Positions 27,530-39,462 of a DNA stretch of 64,000 bases are shown one piece after another. The position numbers and the translations under genes were made by a program. Below the pieces are notes generated by a model. That model worked only from the letters and a program-made list of their open reading frames with translations, had not been told where the DNA came from and made no database searches. How positions within the stretch are numbered: position 1 is the stretch's first letter; each line of letters begins with the position of its first letter. Source of the DNA: Hydrurus foetidus (Eukaryota); assembly GCA_900617105.1 (NCBI GenBank), contig UYFQ01000218.1, positions 62,001 through 126,000 on the forward strand, in the 5' to 3' direction.

Positions 27530-28253
27530 GGTAGCTAGTAGTAGCCTTCGGAGATGATTATGACTCGAGGTGACGAAGTGTTTGCTGAGCGTAGTTGGCA
27601 GTTGTCGAACAGCTGATGACGATCACGCCTGTTCGCTCGAGAAGTCTACTGTTGAAATATTGGAATCCCTGCAATTACCACACTACAAGAACGAGGAGGA
27701 GCAGAAGAGAAAACATGGAATTTCGGAGAAAGAACCAATCGTTCGATTGCTGCAGAAGCAGAAGAGTCCTCGCCGTTTTTGATTCCGTCAAAAATACAAG
27801 AATCTGTACGATATACCGTATGTCATGACAAGGGGGTATATACCCATGGCCAGTAAGGTTGCTGGTTTCGATAGTCGTCATCTCCTAAACATCATAACGT
27901 TCCCGTAAGGAAAACGAAATGTGAGAGTTAAGAATTTGATTACATAATGGAAAATAAATGTAGGAGTCGGTTCCAGCTCCAGCCCTTGAGATCCCATCCG
28001 ATTGCATTTTCTGGTCCTCGATCAAGAACATGCATGGCATGAACCCGGAAGTGTAGTAAAAAAATGTCGCTATTCTTTGCCTTCCAACGGAACATACAGA
28101 TGAGTGAGAAATCATTGTACGGGATGTGACTCATTATGACGCGCAGATAAGGACTATACGGGAGGTCTACTTTAGGAATATCGCAAGCAAAATAAATCAA
28201 CGCCAACTGCCCACTCATTGACTCTTCGCTCCGACATATTTTTCAATCGCTCT

Positions 28254-30479
28254 TCATGAGTTCCTGATAGCCTGAAGTTCCTTGAACAATTTCAACATTT
28301 GGTTCAGCTCAGGAATTGGTTGGCTGCTAAATTTCTTGGCTACGTCTATCAATCCGATCATCTCTTTGAGTCCCATACCAAGACTCCCTTCAAACTCCGC
28401 TACTTCAGCTTTGGTGACTTTGCCTGCTGCCAATTGTGCTTCCATTCCTGCCACGGCATCTTTCATCATTGCAGCCATTTCGACAGGGTCAGGAACACCT
28501 TCTGTACCCGCATTCTTCGCTGCTTCTTTCATCATTTTATCAAATGTCGCTTGATCAATATCTCCCATACCTGACATATCCGGCATACCCTCAGGACCCA
28601 TTCCCATCCCCATAGGGCCTTTCTTACCCATATTCCCCATCAGTGCGGATAGATCCAAGTTCCCTCCCTTTCCTTGCCCACCCATCATGTTCATAATCTT
28701 GTAATTAGTGGCCTTCGATTCTAAACTGCCTCTTTTGCCTTCACTAATGGCGAATAATTGTTGGAGACATTGTAATCTGGTATCTTGTAATGCCGATTCT
28801 CGCTCCAACGCCTCCGTATCCGGTTCTTCAAAAGGCGCTGCTTCAGCTCCTTCCTCTCCTGCTGCTGCTGCTGTTAAACCCTTCATTAAACTGCTGATCA
28901 ATCCTGATTGATCATCTGCTATCATAGCATTGTAATACAGCGTCTCTAATTTTGCTTTTTGTGCCTTTCCGTTGTACTTTATACCGCCGTCCTCTACAAT
29001 TACGCCTGGTAAAATTTTACCGAATAGAGTACCTGCAGCAAGGGCAAAATCGGCCAAAGTGTTCAAAGCAATAATTGTTGCTTTTTCTGTTTCCTCAGTG
29101 CTCTTCGACTTGATGTCCAGAGAGTCCACACATACATCAGTCAGAGAGACCAGCATTGCATTCGTAACATCTGCAAATGCATCTGCAGCTTCCTTCGGTT
29201 CGAGGGCTAAGTCATTCTTCAATGACATCAGAGTCGAGACACGCATATCCTCACTGTCGGATAAAGCCTTCTCATCAACAGAATGAGACAACATCCCTCC
29301 AGGCTCAACATCAGAGAACGCCTTCAGTCTGGATGGCAAATAAAATGTGAGCACTGTAGCTGTCGCAGCTCTGAAGCTTGAGGCGGCATCTTCGACACGT
29401 AGCACATCTCTTAAGTCCGTAGGACGGGACGTACTTCTCTTCTGAAATATACGGTCAAATATGCTCTTTTTAGCGGGTTCAGCCTGAGGTAAAGACTTCT
29501 CAGGCGCTTTGTTGATAATAGCTTCTTTGATTCTCTCGGCTTCTTCAACGTCACTCTCGAGGGATTCTTCACTAATTTCAACTCTCTTCATTTTACTGGG
29601 AGGCAGAGAGATTTTCTTGGATTTCTTCACCACATTTTCACTGACATCATCATCACCCAAATCAGCATCTTCTGGCTTCACTTCGAAAAAGAGATCTGCT
29701 TCTTCACTGTTAGGGAATAGATCCTCAGCTGTAGGCAGAGCGTTTCTCGCATTCAGTCCATTCCTAACTCTTCTCGGAATAGTTGGGGGTTTCTTTTTAG
29801 GAGACAGTACTTCAGGCTCTTCTTCATCTATCTCAATAGGCCAGTTGATTGTTGGCTTCATCACAGATTTCTTTGGTTGCTTCACGACTGCGCTCTTTTT
29901 TGCTTTTTTTTTATCATCTCCAGAAAGCAATGTGCCGACTGTGCTAACACCGACCAAAACAAACCCCACGCGAGAAAGCTGAGAGTTTAAGCCACCTTTT
30001 TTCTGTATGACTAGCTCAACCTCAGCGACTTTAGGGGTTTGCTTCGTTTTGGATGACTGACGAGCATTGTTACTTTGTTTCACGGTTGATTTTTCAGGAG
30101 AACTGATGGTTTTTGAAGATTTGGGTGGTCTTGCAGAAGCACTTCTCATGCCGATCATAAAGAACGCACACGCTGTAAGAATAGCAGTTGCTGGTCCCTT
30201 CAATTTACCGATCACTCTCTTCAGCAAAGTTGGCTCCGAAGTTCTGATAGATGGCTGATCATTGTCTCCGCTGCAGAATATCTGGAGATTTTCTCGAGCA
30301 GATAGTGGCACAATTGACTTACTTCCACTTAGACTTTTGTAGAAAACCTCCTGAATTTTGCAACTATTACTTTGAAATCTTGAACTTCTCAGCGGTCCAT
30401 GCACATAAGAATATGTTGCTGAAAAGTGCACAATTAGTGCACAAGCAGCAAGCAGGAAACTCCCAGTTTTCCTCATCAC
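28254..30479 (-). CDS. Uncharacterised intronless 741-aa protein: signal peptide + transit-like peptide, two hydrophobic segments, helical domain and Met/Gly-rich C-terminus (probable plastid membrane protein)
   Basis: Long ORF. Signal-like leader MMRKTGSFLLAACALIVHFSATYS-Y followed by a Ser/Arg/Lys-rich stretch. TM-like segments ATAILTACAFFMIGM and VGFVLVGVSTVGTLL. Confidence 0.7.
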   Translation of the reverse strand: MMRKTGSFLLAACALIVHFSATYSYVHGPLRSSRFQSNSCKIQEVFYKSLSGSKSIVPLSARENLQIFCSGDNDQPSIRTSEPTLLKRVIGKLKGPATAILTACAFFMIGMRSASARPPKSSKTISSPEKSTVKQSNNARQSSKTKQTPKVAEVELVIQKKGGLNSQLSRVGFVLVGVSTVGTLLSGDDKKKAKKSAVVKQPKKSVMKPTINWPIEIDEEEPEVLSPKKKPPTIPRRVRNGLNARNALPTAEDLFPNSEEADLFFEVKPEDADLGDDDVSENVVKKSKKISLPPSKMKRVEISEESLESDVEEAERIKEAIINKAPEKSLPQAEPAKKSIFDRIFQKRSTSRPTDLRDVLRVEDAASSFRAATATVLTFYLPSRLKAFSDVEPGGMLSHSVDEKALSDSEDMRVSTLMSLKNDLALEPKEAADAFADVTNAMLVSLTDVCVDSLDIKSKSTEETEKATIIALNTLADFALAAGTLFGKILPGVIVEDGGIKYNGKAQKAKLETLYYNAMIADDQSGLISSLMKGLTAAAAGEEGAEAAPFEEPDTEALERESALQDTRLQCLQQLFAISEGKRGSLESKATNYKIMNMMGGQGKGGNLDLSALMGNMGKKGPMGMGMGPEGMPDMSGMGDIDQATFDKMMKEAAKNAGTEGVPDPVEMAAMMKDAVAGMEAQLAAGKVTKAEVAEFEGSLGMGLKEMIGLIDVAKKFSSQPIPELNQMLKLFKELQAIRNS

Positions 30480-31687
30480 TCTGAGGATGCCAGTAAGATG
30501 CTACACTTGCAAAGACGGCACTACTGGGTGGTTCCACACCTCAAGTCCAGCCAACAGTCAGTTTCCAGTTGTACGCCCTATGATGTGCTGATACCGTTGG
30601 TCGTGAGGAAGAGATGGACTTTGTGAGGGAGAGATAGATCAGCAGTGGACTGTGGACTGTGGACCTTTGTCCGAGGAGGACAAAATAATACGGACACACG
30701 AACTAAATCATAACTGTCATCTCCTGTCTTCATCTCTGGTCTTTCGGCAGGGACAACGAATCGTTCTCGAGGAGGTTCACCGTCGTGGGCTCTTCTATTT
30801 CGAAGAAGAATGAGGCAGCGCAACCGTAGCAGAATTAATCGCTCGCTGTAAAAGGAGTAAACTAATTTTCTGTGTTCACTGAAATCTTCATGAAGGAAAT
30901 GTGATTTGATGCTAGTGGTGCTGCATTACGTGTTCAGCCTAGTGGTGTCCATCTTGTTTATGGCCAGCGCTGTTGACATGCAATTTAGTACCCAATTGTG
31001 GTCCTGGTTAGTGCCGTAGTATTGAACAACACACAATCCCTATCAATTACCAAATTGTATAAGACAGATGCTGATAACTGAAATGTTAACTGTTCGCTGC
31101 AGATTCTCGCCTGACACATCGGTGAGGTCCGAATACATGCCGTGCATTCAGGAATTCGATGTTATGGAAGTAGATTATTATATCGGTTTACGAATCGATA
31201 AAATGAAATCGCAGTATCCTAATCCTAATGATCTTCACGCAAGTATAGATAATGCAAATGAAAATAATTAGTAATACCTAGTCCGGGGAACCGCACTACT
31301 CCAGCGCACAACATGGTTAAAGTGTCTACGCGACTCTTTACACATAGAAAGATACAGTTGATGGAAGAGGTTGATCTCTACGTCGCGAAATCCAAACGCA
31401 ATTCTGAACTCCTTACACTTCTCATATTTCTAGATACCGATCGATATTTCATGTTATGTGTATTTCATACACCAGCAAATCCGTAAAAATTAAAAACCGA
31501 GACCTTCTCACGTTCGGATTCGGGACCTAAGACCTACCTCTTCAAGATTTTAACTGGTTTGTGGTGAATGTGGTCAGAGCTCAAGATCAATTCTGCTAAA
31601 CCTCGCCCCGCGCCTCACAGAGCACTACATACCAGAAAGAGTTGTCTGAACTCACCACGTCTGGAGCGAAACAGTTCCTGATTTAAA

Positions 31688-32521
31688 ATGCCTCACGTCT
31701 CTTTCCGGACCAATTGTAAGATTTCTGTCGGCATGCTTTGAAATTTGATATTCGAAACAATCATGATTTTATAATGGCATCACTCCAGAGCTGGAACTTT
31801 AAATTCAGCAATATCAGACACGCAAGAATTCCTTCTGACTCCATCTGCTGCTATTTATTACTTGACTGAATACTGCAGCGAGAAAGACATATAAAACTGT
31901 CAGACGTCCTTACGAGAAGGAGCGTCTAGATCAGGAGTTGAAACTATGCGGTGAATACGGCCTGAGATGCAAACGTGAAATTTGGAGAGTGCAGTACATG
32001 CTCTCGAAAGTCAGAAAGGTAAAAAGATAATTACAGCATCAACGTAAGCAACTTGAGCCGCAGAGAACTCATGGGAAAAAATATCTGTATGTTCATACTA
32101 GGCTGCTCGTACACTTTTAACCTTAACTGACAAAGACCCCAAGCGCATGTTCGAGACCCCTCCTCTAATTCGCCGCTTGAAGAGATATGGTCTCCTCACC
32201 GACGAAGAGAACTCTCTCGATGACATCCTCAGACTCACCACTCAGAGACTCATGGAACGCAGATTACAGACAAAGGTTTTTAAACAGGGACTAGCTAAAT
32301 CAATCCACCACGCACGTGTGCTCATCAAGCAGAAGCACATTCGCGTTGGCAAGCAATGTGTTAACGTTCCATCTTTCCTGGTTCGCATCGACTCAGAGAA
32401 GCACATCGATCTCGCTCTCAACTCTCCTTACGGACAGGGCAGACCAGGCCGTGTCGCTCGCAGAAGAGCAGCGCAGAAGGCAGCTTCCAAGGAGGGCGGT
32501 GCAGATGACGAGGATGTGTAA
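31688..32521 (+). CDS. RPS9: 40S ribosomal protein S9 (uS4); 3 exons
   Basis: Exon 1 31688-31715 (MPHVSFRTN). Exon 2 31879-32018 ([46 protein letters not shown]). Exon 3 32102-32521 (AARTLLTL...[32 protein letters not shown]). Confidence 0.97.
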
Positions 32522-33198
32522 ATTATTCAGCGCAGATTTTGAGTGACAAACTATAATAACCCTTTCAGACAAAACCGCAATTATTTTGAGTGAACAAATG
32601 TCGCGGAGACAATCGGCATTGCGAACACACGGACTGATTTACGACTATGAAGAGAAGCGCACTGCAATGGTTACTATGGGGTCAACACTTAAGTTTATCG
32701 ACATCATATAGGACAGAATGAGAAGACTGTCATTTACAGCCGACTTGTAAATGTGAAGATGCAATCTGTCGTTGAGAGAAAATCACCTGAATCGGATTGC
32801 TTGAGAAAAAATTCATTGTACGGAGGGCAGACTCTACTAAAGATGTCAGCAAAGACTTATCCTATCCGCATCATTGGAAGCTCACAAAATACCAGCAAAA
32901 CCTGTGATTTAATTTAGATGGGGCTTCAACTTTAATGCTGCAAAAATCAACGTACATCAGAACAATCCCAAATCAACTTCTCCGTGTCTCCTCCAATCCT
33001 CTCAAATGTCACTGTAAGGCTTATCATAGAAAATTTCCCTGACGGCAACTGGAGTATGAGCACGAGGATTTATCACCTTGTGTTGTAGTAGATATCTGCA
33101 AAATGACCTGAGAAATGCGTCGAAATTTGAGATTAACAGCTTGAAGCAGCAAGAGCGGAGAGTGTTAGGAGTTTCGATTTATAACATCGACAGAAAAG

Positions 33199-35052
33199 AT
33201 GTTCCAAGTCTTTATCCTATTGGCAGGACTGAAGTTCCTAATGGATCCTGCCTCTGTTGCAGCTTACACAAGGCCATTGACATCAATAATGCATCACTCA
33301 AAATCAGTGAGAGAGAGTCCTCGGCTGGAGTTACGTTACTCAGCTTTTGAAACAAGTGAAGAAGTGAGAAGGAATATCTCCTCTTACGAAATCGCTCGTA
33401 ATGAAAGACTGCTGTTCGACCGCGACAGTGAAAAGCCGCTCATACTCACGGAACCAAAACAAGTTCGTAGAAGATACGGAGGTTATCCCCGTGTTCAGCG
33501 AGCCTTAACGAGCTACAGAGATATTCATGGTGACATGCATGTTCCCCCAGGCTACGTGGTTCCTGATGACACATACAAATGGCCAGAAGAGATTTGGGGT
33601 ATGCATTTGGGCAGCGTGGTGAAGAAAATTCGCAGCGGTCTCTACTATTCGAATAAGCGCGAGGATCTGGAGCGGATCGGTTTCTGTTTCGAAGCATTAC
33701 AAACGAAATACACTGTCGCTAAAGCAGCCCTACTAACATATCAAAAACTCAATGGCGACATGTTGGTACCATCTAAATTTGCGATTCCAAAAGAATCTGA
33801 AGAATGGCCAGGAGAAACATGGGGACTAAATCTCGGTGCCCTTGTCAGCAATATTAGAAGTGGTGGCAGTTTCGCTGAGAAGAGGGAGGAACTTATCAAT
33901 TTGGGATTTTACTTTAATACACGAATTGCTAGATTCGAACTTGTCAAACTTGCGCTATTGAAGTACAGAGATCTTTACGGCGATATGCTTGTCGCTCAAA
34001 GTTTTGTAGTTCCTCAGAAGAGCCGTATATGGCCGAGAGGTTCGTGGGGTATGAACCTTGGCAGCATAGTACACGGCATTAGAGGAGGGTCTCGATATGT
34101 GGAGAAAAAAGAAGAATTGGAAGCTCTCGGATTTGATTACGGTTCACAGAAAGCTATCTACGGCTACAACCTCGCTAAGATGGCTTTACTTAAATACAAG
34201 CAGACTTCGGAGAGCGGGGACATGCGAGTGCCATATAATTTCGTAATTCCTAAGAACGATGTTTCATGGCCAGAGGAGATGTGGGGGATGGATCTTGGAT
34301 TACTGGTTAACAACATCAAGAAAGGGAATTATGCTGACAAACGTGAGGATCTGCTTGATATGGGTTTCTCTTACGACCCATTTCAATCAAAATACACGTT
34401 AGTTAGAAAGACTCTCATCAAATACAAACAAATCAATGGTGATCTTCTCGTGCCAAGGCAGTACGTCGTTCCAGACGATGATGAGAGATGGCCTAGGGAA
34501 TCTCGCAGGATGAAGTTAGGAATGGTAGTATACAATATCAGAGGTGGATCGAGCTATGCGGATCAAAGAGATGACCTAATCAGCATCGGTTTTTGCTACG
34601 ATGCTCTGAAGGCGAAGTACGACATACTCAAGAGATCTCTGTTAAGGTACAAGGAGTTGTATGGGGATATGCTGGTTCCGAAGTACTTCGTTGTACCCAA
34701 CGACGATAACGAGTGGCCCTCAGATCTGTGGGGAATGAAATTAGGTATCGCTGTTCGGAATGTAAGGGGTAAAAAAGGCAGTTTCTCAGATAAAAAGGAG
34801 GAGCTGGTGAGCTTGGGATTCGTGTATACACTTTCCAAGAGATTCGACTATGAGTGCGTCAGAATAGCCGTGTTCAAATACCGGGAGCTCTATCACGGCA
34901 GTGTACGCGTTCCTGCTGTTTACAACATTCCAGAAAATGACCCCTGGTATCCCGAAGAAACTTGGGGCATGTGTCTAGGCAGTATTGTTAATAGTATCAA
35001 ACATGGAGATAAATGGCCAGAAAAACGGTATGAGCTGCTTGGAGACTACTGA
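33199..35052 (+). CDS. Intronless tandem-repeat protein with seven ~75-aa helicase-associated (HA)-like repeats and a signal peptide/plastid-type leader
   Basis: Repeat consensus Y..v..aL..Yk...GDm.Vp..fvvP.....WP...wGm.LG..V..IR.g..y..kreeL..lGF occurs 7 times from 33484 to the stop. Leader MFQVFILLAGLKFLMDPASVAA-Y is followed by a basic/Ser-rich segment. Confidence 0.85.
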   Translation: MFQVFILLAGLKFLMDPASVAAYTRPLTSIMHHSKSVRESPRLELRYSAFETSEEVRRNISSYEIARNERLLFDRDSEKPLILTEPKQVRRRYGGYPRVQRALTSYRDIHGDMHVPPGYVVPDDTYKWPEEIWGMHLGSVVKKIRSGLYYSNKREDLERIGFCFEALQTKYTVAKAALLTYQKLNGDMLVPSKFAIPKESEEWPGETWGLNLGALVSNIRSGGSFAEKREELINLGFYFNTRIARFELVKLALLKYRDLYGDMLVAQSFVVPQKSRIWPRGSWGMNLGSIVHGIRGGSRYVEKKEELEALGFDYGSQKAIYGYNLAKMALLKYKQTSESGDMRVPYNFVIPKNDVSWPEEMWGMDLGLLVNNIKKGNYADKREDLLDMGFSYDPFQSKYTLVRKTLIKYKQINGDLLVPRQYVVPDDDERWPRESRRMKLGMVVYNIRGGSSYADQRDDLISIGFCYDALKAKYDILKRSLLRYKELYGDMLVPKYFVVPNDDNEWPSDLWGMKLGIAVRNVRGKKGSFSDKKEELVSLGFVYTLSKRFDYECVRIAVFKYRELYHGSVRVPAVYNIPENDPWYPEETWGMCLGSIVNSIKHGDKWPEKRYELLGDY

Positions 35053-35338
35053 CGCCCTCAATGATCGATAATGGAGCAAGGAATCCAAATAGTTACTACT
35101 AAAGCTGGACAAAAAGACTACTGAAGTATTTTTGTCGCGTGCTGAAGCAGTCGAAAGGTGCCTTATCGCTGGAAGAAGTGGCCATTCTATTTAATGGAGT
35201 AGCTGGCATATGGCAACAAGTCCGCCGAATAATTTTATTCGACCTGATCTTTTCTGTGATAGTGTAACTTATGGATAATATATGGTAATAAATAATGATA
35301 TTAACTTGATAAATTCCTACGCTTCATGTAACGACGTC

Positions 35339-37083
35339 TCATCCAAATCGTCTCGATTCTTTCAGCAACGGAGCTATCACTTTTTCCTCATGTGTGCTTC
35401 TCTTTTCCTCAATCAGGAATGACGGTAGTTTTTCGCCCCAGTAAATCTTCTGGTTCTGGGCGAGTGCTCGATTTGATTCAAGTTGTATATACGCAGGCGT
35501 GTGCAGGGCAATATTCGCGGTTGCTGAATGGAAATATAGCATGTAAGGGGGATGAAGGTAAGTTGAGAAATAAACAATCGCAGTTGACGAAAATTGCAGG
35601 CATCATTTGAATTATATAAAAGTGAAGATTTATCGAAGCGTGACAGAAAAAGCAAAAAGAAAATAAGAACACATGAATACTTACCATCTCTTTCTTTTTT
35701 ATAAAAATCTGCATCAGCGAGTGCTTTTTCTTTTTCGAGATGGATCTCGTTTTGAATTCTTTCCATTTTTTGAGTTCCCTCTTTCGCAGCTACTTGCTGC
35801 TGAAGCTGGAAATAGTAAAAAATAATTGAATAATTAAGATAGCTATTTATATGAAACATTAGGAAGTACGCATTCAAAAGATTTGCAATGGTGTACTTTC
35901 TCTGGAAGCACCTGTATCAGAGCCACATCTCTCGCAGCTTCTGCTTGAATAGTGTCTTGTTTCATCTTTGTTTCAGCTTCCTTTTCAAGAACTTTCTGGC
36001 TCTGTACAGCTATTTGATAAGCCGTTTTTTTCGATTCTATCTCCTCGAAATTGAGCATGACTGCGCAAAAGAGGATTGTGTAAGGTAAACTCATAACGTA
36101 TCTGTGATATGTGTGTATCCTTAATAAGCGACAAAATTGCGTACTGTACTAACACTGGCACCAAATGCCACCACTCACTTGATCTGGGTATAGACGGTTT
36201 AGTAACTCTTATCTGAACTATTTCGATCCCTGGAGCCCAAACGTTGCAGTCCTTCTGTAGAGCACTCATTAAATGCTCATCTATCGTGTCGAAAGCTGTG
36301 TGAAAATCATATACGGGTATATTTATCAGTGTTGATATCAAAACGTATTGTGAGCGCATCAAAAAGATCATCATTACTGCATATTTTTCGAGATATTTAA
36401 AGCGATGCACGGTCTTCTGCGACTGCAAATAGTTGCAAGGACGCCATCTATGAGGTTAAAACCTTACCAGTAATATAAACCTCCTGAAGGGTGTGCGATG
36501 AGCAAAACTGGTTTATTTCGTGATGAATTTTATTGAAAATCATCGTTGTGTCGTATTTTGTGGTGTAATTCATAATAGTTTCGAGAACATATTCTTTTTT
36601 GAGTCTGTTGACAACTTCGACCTAATCAAAAATGAGGAAACAATGCAGTGAATAGTAAGTACTTGATAGCGAATCAGCCGTGTGCAGTACAGGTGGCCAA
36701 TGGCCATCTTAAATTTCTGCACAGAGATCTCAATGGAAGTAGAAGATACTGGTGGAGTTCTCCGGAAGGAGTCTTTCGGATCAGCTCCATCCGACGACAA
36801 CATTAAAAACTCTATTTCAGTTGAATCTTACCTTGTCGAAGGTTATCAAAACACCACCGCTTGTACCGCATGGAATGTTACGCACTTCATCTGTCTGTAT
36901 CGTCACTTGAACAGCTTCAAAGTGCGTGATCAGGGGAATCTTCAAATGAAACCCCGGCCCAGAGGTATGATTGAGTAGGGCACCTCCCTGCCAATAGACT
37001 CCAACATGACCTTCCTGAACGGTGTGGATCGTAAGGGAGAGAAGTGCAGTCACTGACGCAAGGAGTGGAAGAAGCCATATCAT
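35339..37083 (-). CDS. ERLIN: Erlin (SPFH/band-7 ER lipid-raft protein); multi-exon
   Basis: [19 protein letters not shown]...PGFHLKIP...[100 protein letters not shown]. Confidence 0.92.
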
Positions 37084-37711
37084 TCCTCAACAGATAGATT
37101 CCTAAGGGAATTAGTTTCCAGTCCTCAGTCAACTTATTGGAGAAACTTGAGCAGGAATACAACTCCCACAGTCCGCAGAGGGTACTGAAAAAGGAAAAAG
37201 GTCTCCATAGTCTGATGAGATGACAAGTGGACCTCTGAAATGAGAATGACACGATTTGGCGTTGCTAGAAGAAGGTTCTGCGCGCGAGACAACCAATGTT
37301 TACGGGTGAAGACGGAGGACAAAACAAAATTGACGGCTGAAAACTGCCTTATTTTACACCTCACGCCTCTTTTTTTAATGTTTTTTTCTGGTTACCTTAG
37401 ACAATATGAATAAAACATACGGCAGTCATGCAGCTCTTCTTTTTTTGACGATATCAGCATTTCCCGTTATATCGTTCTTGAGCCAATGTGGAAGTATATT
37501 ATATCATCTTTGTAGACGTAGAAAGGATTCAAAACCTCTCTCAAATTCAATTTTATCAGCAAACGGAGTTATATTCATTGTGCGCTCTACAATCTACCGA
37601 TTTAAAATACGTATGTATCGCATTCTACAATGATTAGTGCAAAAATGCAAATAAATCACAATACAAAGTAGAACACAACAATAGATAGTCAAATCACGGG
37701 CCCAGTCAATA

Positions 37712-39462
37712 CTATCTGTATGGGCGTACGGGACAGCCTAGAGATTCCGAAAGGCAGTCCAAGGTCTGCTCCAGTAACTCTTCGGGAACTAACGTACAAT
37801 TAGTCGTCGCAGTGGATATATTTAGAGATGGAATGCTTGAGTCGATTTTACTCATCGCTGTTACTATTCCTGTTTCATCAAATTCAATCATTCTTCCCCC
37901 CAATTTAATTAATCTCCATCGCTGGGGTGAAACGGTGAGTGCCCCTTCTGGAAAGCTGTCCACGTCACTCTCGTCCAACAGGAAAGTTAATTCGTTCTCA
38001 CACTGCCACATTCCCCACATAAAAGAATTCTGAGGATTCTGTATTGGCTTACGTCCATCAACAACTTTTTCACTTTTTTCATCGTCATTTTGATTGTCTA
38101 CTGATGGTGACGTATCTACGAAGTCACTGCTCGACCTTGATCTCGACTGTGATAAGGACATATTCGACACGGATTCCCCTGAGCCCAGTCCCAATCTCAA
38201 TGATGACGATGATCCTATGGGGGAAGGAGCTTTCGGAAGTGGTGCGCCTTTATTCACCATACGTTCCAGCGGACTGTACCGATCATCGTACAGCAGCAGC
38301 TTTGTCTGATTATTGGGTAGAGAGAAATCAGTTAGATCGTTGAGCAACATAGGAAATTCTTCGGCTTCGTAAATACTGACTAGTATCAATGAATTTTCAT
38401 GTGAAAAGAAAAAAGAATTATAATCTACGTTCACATGTCCTCAGAAAGTCAGTTTGAGTGGACATCCAATCAATCAGCTGTAGATATCATTTACCAGGAC
38501 AGTCGAACAGTCAGACAGCTTGAAGTCCTCATTCAGCTTAGCCAGCATCACGTGACTGGGAAAAACACACAGCTCAAATCCATCCTTGAATGGCGCGAGA
38601 GAGGATGCGGCATCGCTGCTATCCGCGATAAAGTAACTAAGAAGAAGGCAGGGGCAGATTGAGATGTTCTGTACTCTTTTCGATAAAGAACTTTATTGAT
38701 GCAAAGAAGTTACAGTAACTATAAAAAAAATCGAGCAATCTAACGTGCAAGGAGTGAGAGGCAGCGGCTTGTACCTGTCGGCAGTCGATTCTTGAATATC
38801 TCCATTCCCTGACGAAGTTCTCTTTCTTTGAGCCTCGAGAACAAACGATGCCAGCTCCTGAGGACCTGCAGATTTCCTGAACACTGAACATGCTTTTTCA
38901 ATATCCTGCTCTTGAACTAGAAATACTTCAGATTCAAATGTTGATATGTGCAGAATTGATAGACCTTCCTTAGAAAGGGAATCTGCTAAGTAGTGTACAG
39001 CACCGGGAAGTTCGACAGCAGCACCAACAACTTTTATAACGAAAGCGCGCCATCTCTGTGGGCTGACACAAAGACCTGTGGAAATTGCCTCCAGGATTGC
39101 CACAGATAAAGTGCTGCAAACAATACTGACTCCATCGTCTTCCTGCAGTTTTTATATCATGACGAACGCATTTCAGATTTAAGACTGCTTTGTTGAAAAG
39201 CTTAGGAGCACAGTGGTGGAGAGCAGGTATTTCGGGATCAGAAAAAGGAAATCTGCAGAAAAAGAAGGTGCTGTACCATTAGAATCGAATGAAAGCTCCC
39301 TTTAGTCCGACGGTCAAGGCTGTATTCTCTGAATAGCCACCAGGCAAAAGTCGGGACATTCTCTGTCGTGATTGACACTACACAAAGATTCTCATGCTCC
39401 ATCGAGATTATGAAAGGTCCTCCATTCGCGACTGTCGTGGAAATGCTCTTCGATTCGGACAT
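37712..39462 (-). CDS. CASTOR/GATSL-like tandem ACT-domain protein; ~4 exons
   Basis: Two related halves: VSPQRWRAFVIKVVGAAVELPGAVHYLADSLSKEGLSILHISTFESEVFLVQEQDIEKA and VSPQRWRLIKLGGRMIEFDETGIVTAMSKIDSSIPSLNISTATTNCTLVPEELLEQT. ATG at 39462 (MSESKSIST). Confidence 0.8.

Noticed and set aside
28282..30258. Several + strand ORFs overlapping the 741-aa gene (and similar shadow ORFs elsewhere)
   Set aside because: Antisense shadows of coding sequence, mostly with GTG/TTG starts, which is implausible for nuclear genes.
31716..31878. C/D-box snoRNA in RPS9 intron 1 (atgatt ... ctga)
   Set aside because: Non-canonical C box, no clear terminal stem, and only ~8 nt of rRNA-like complementarity.
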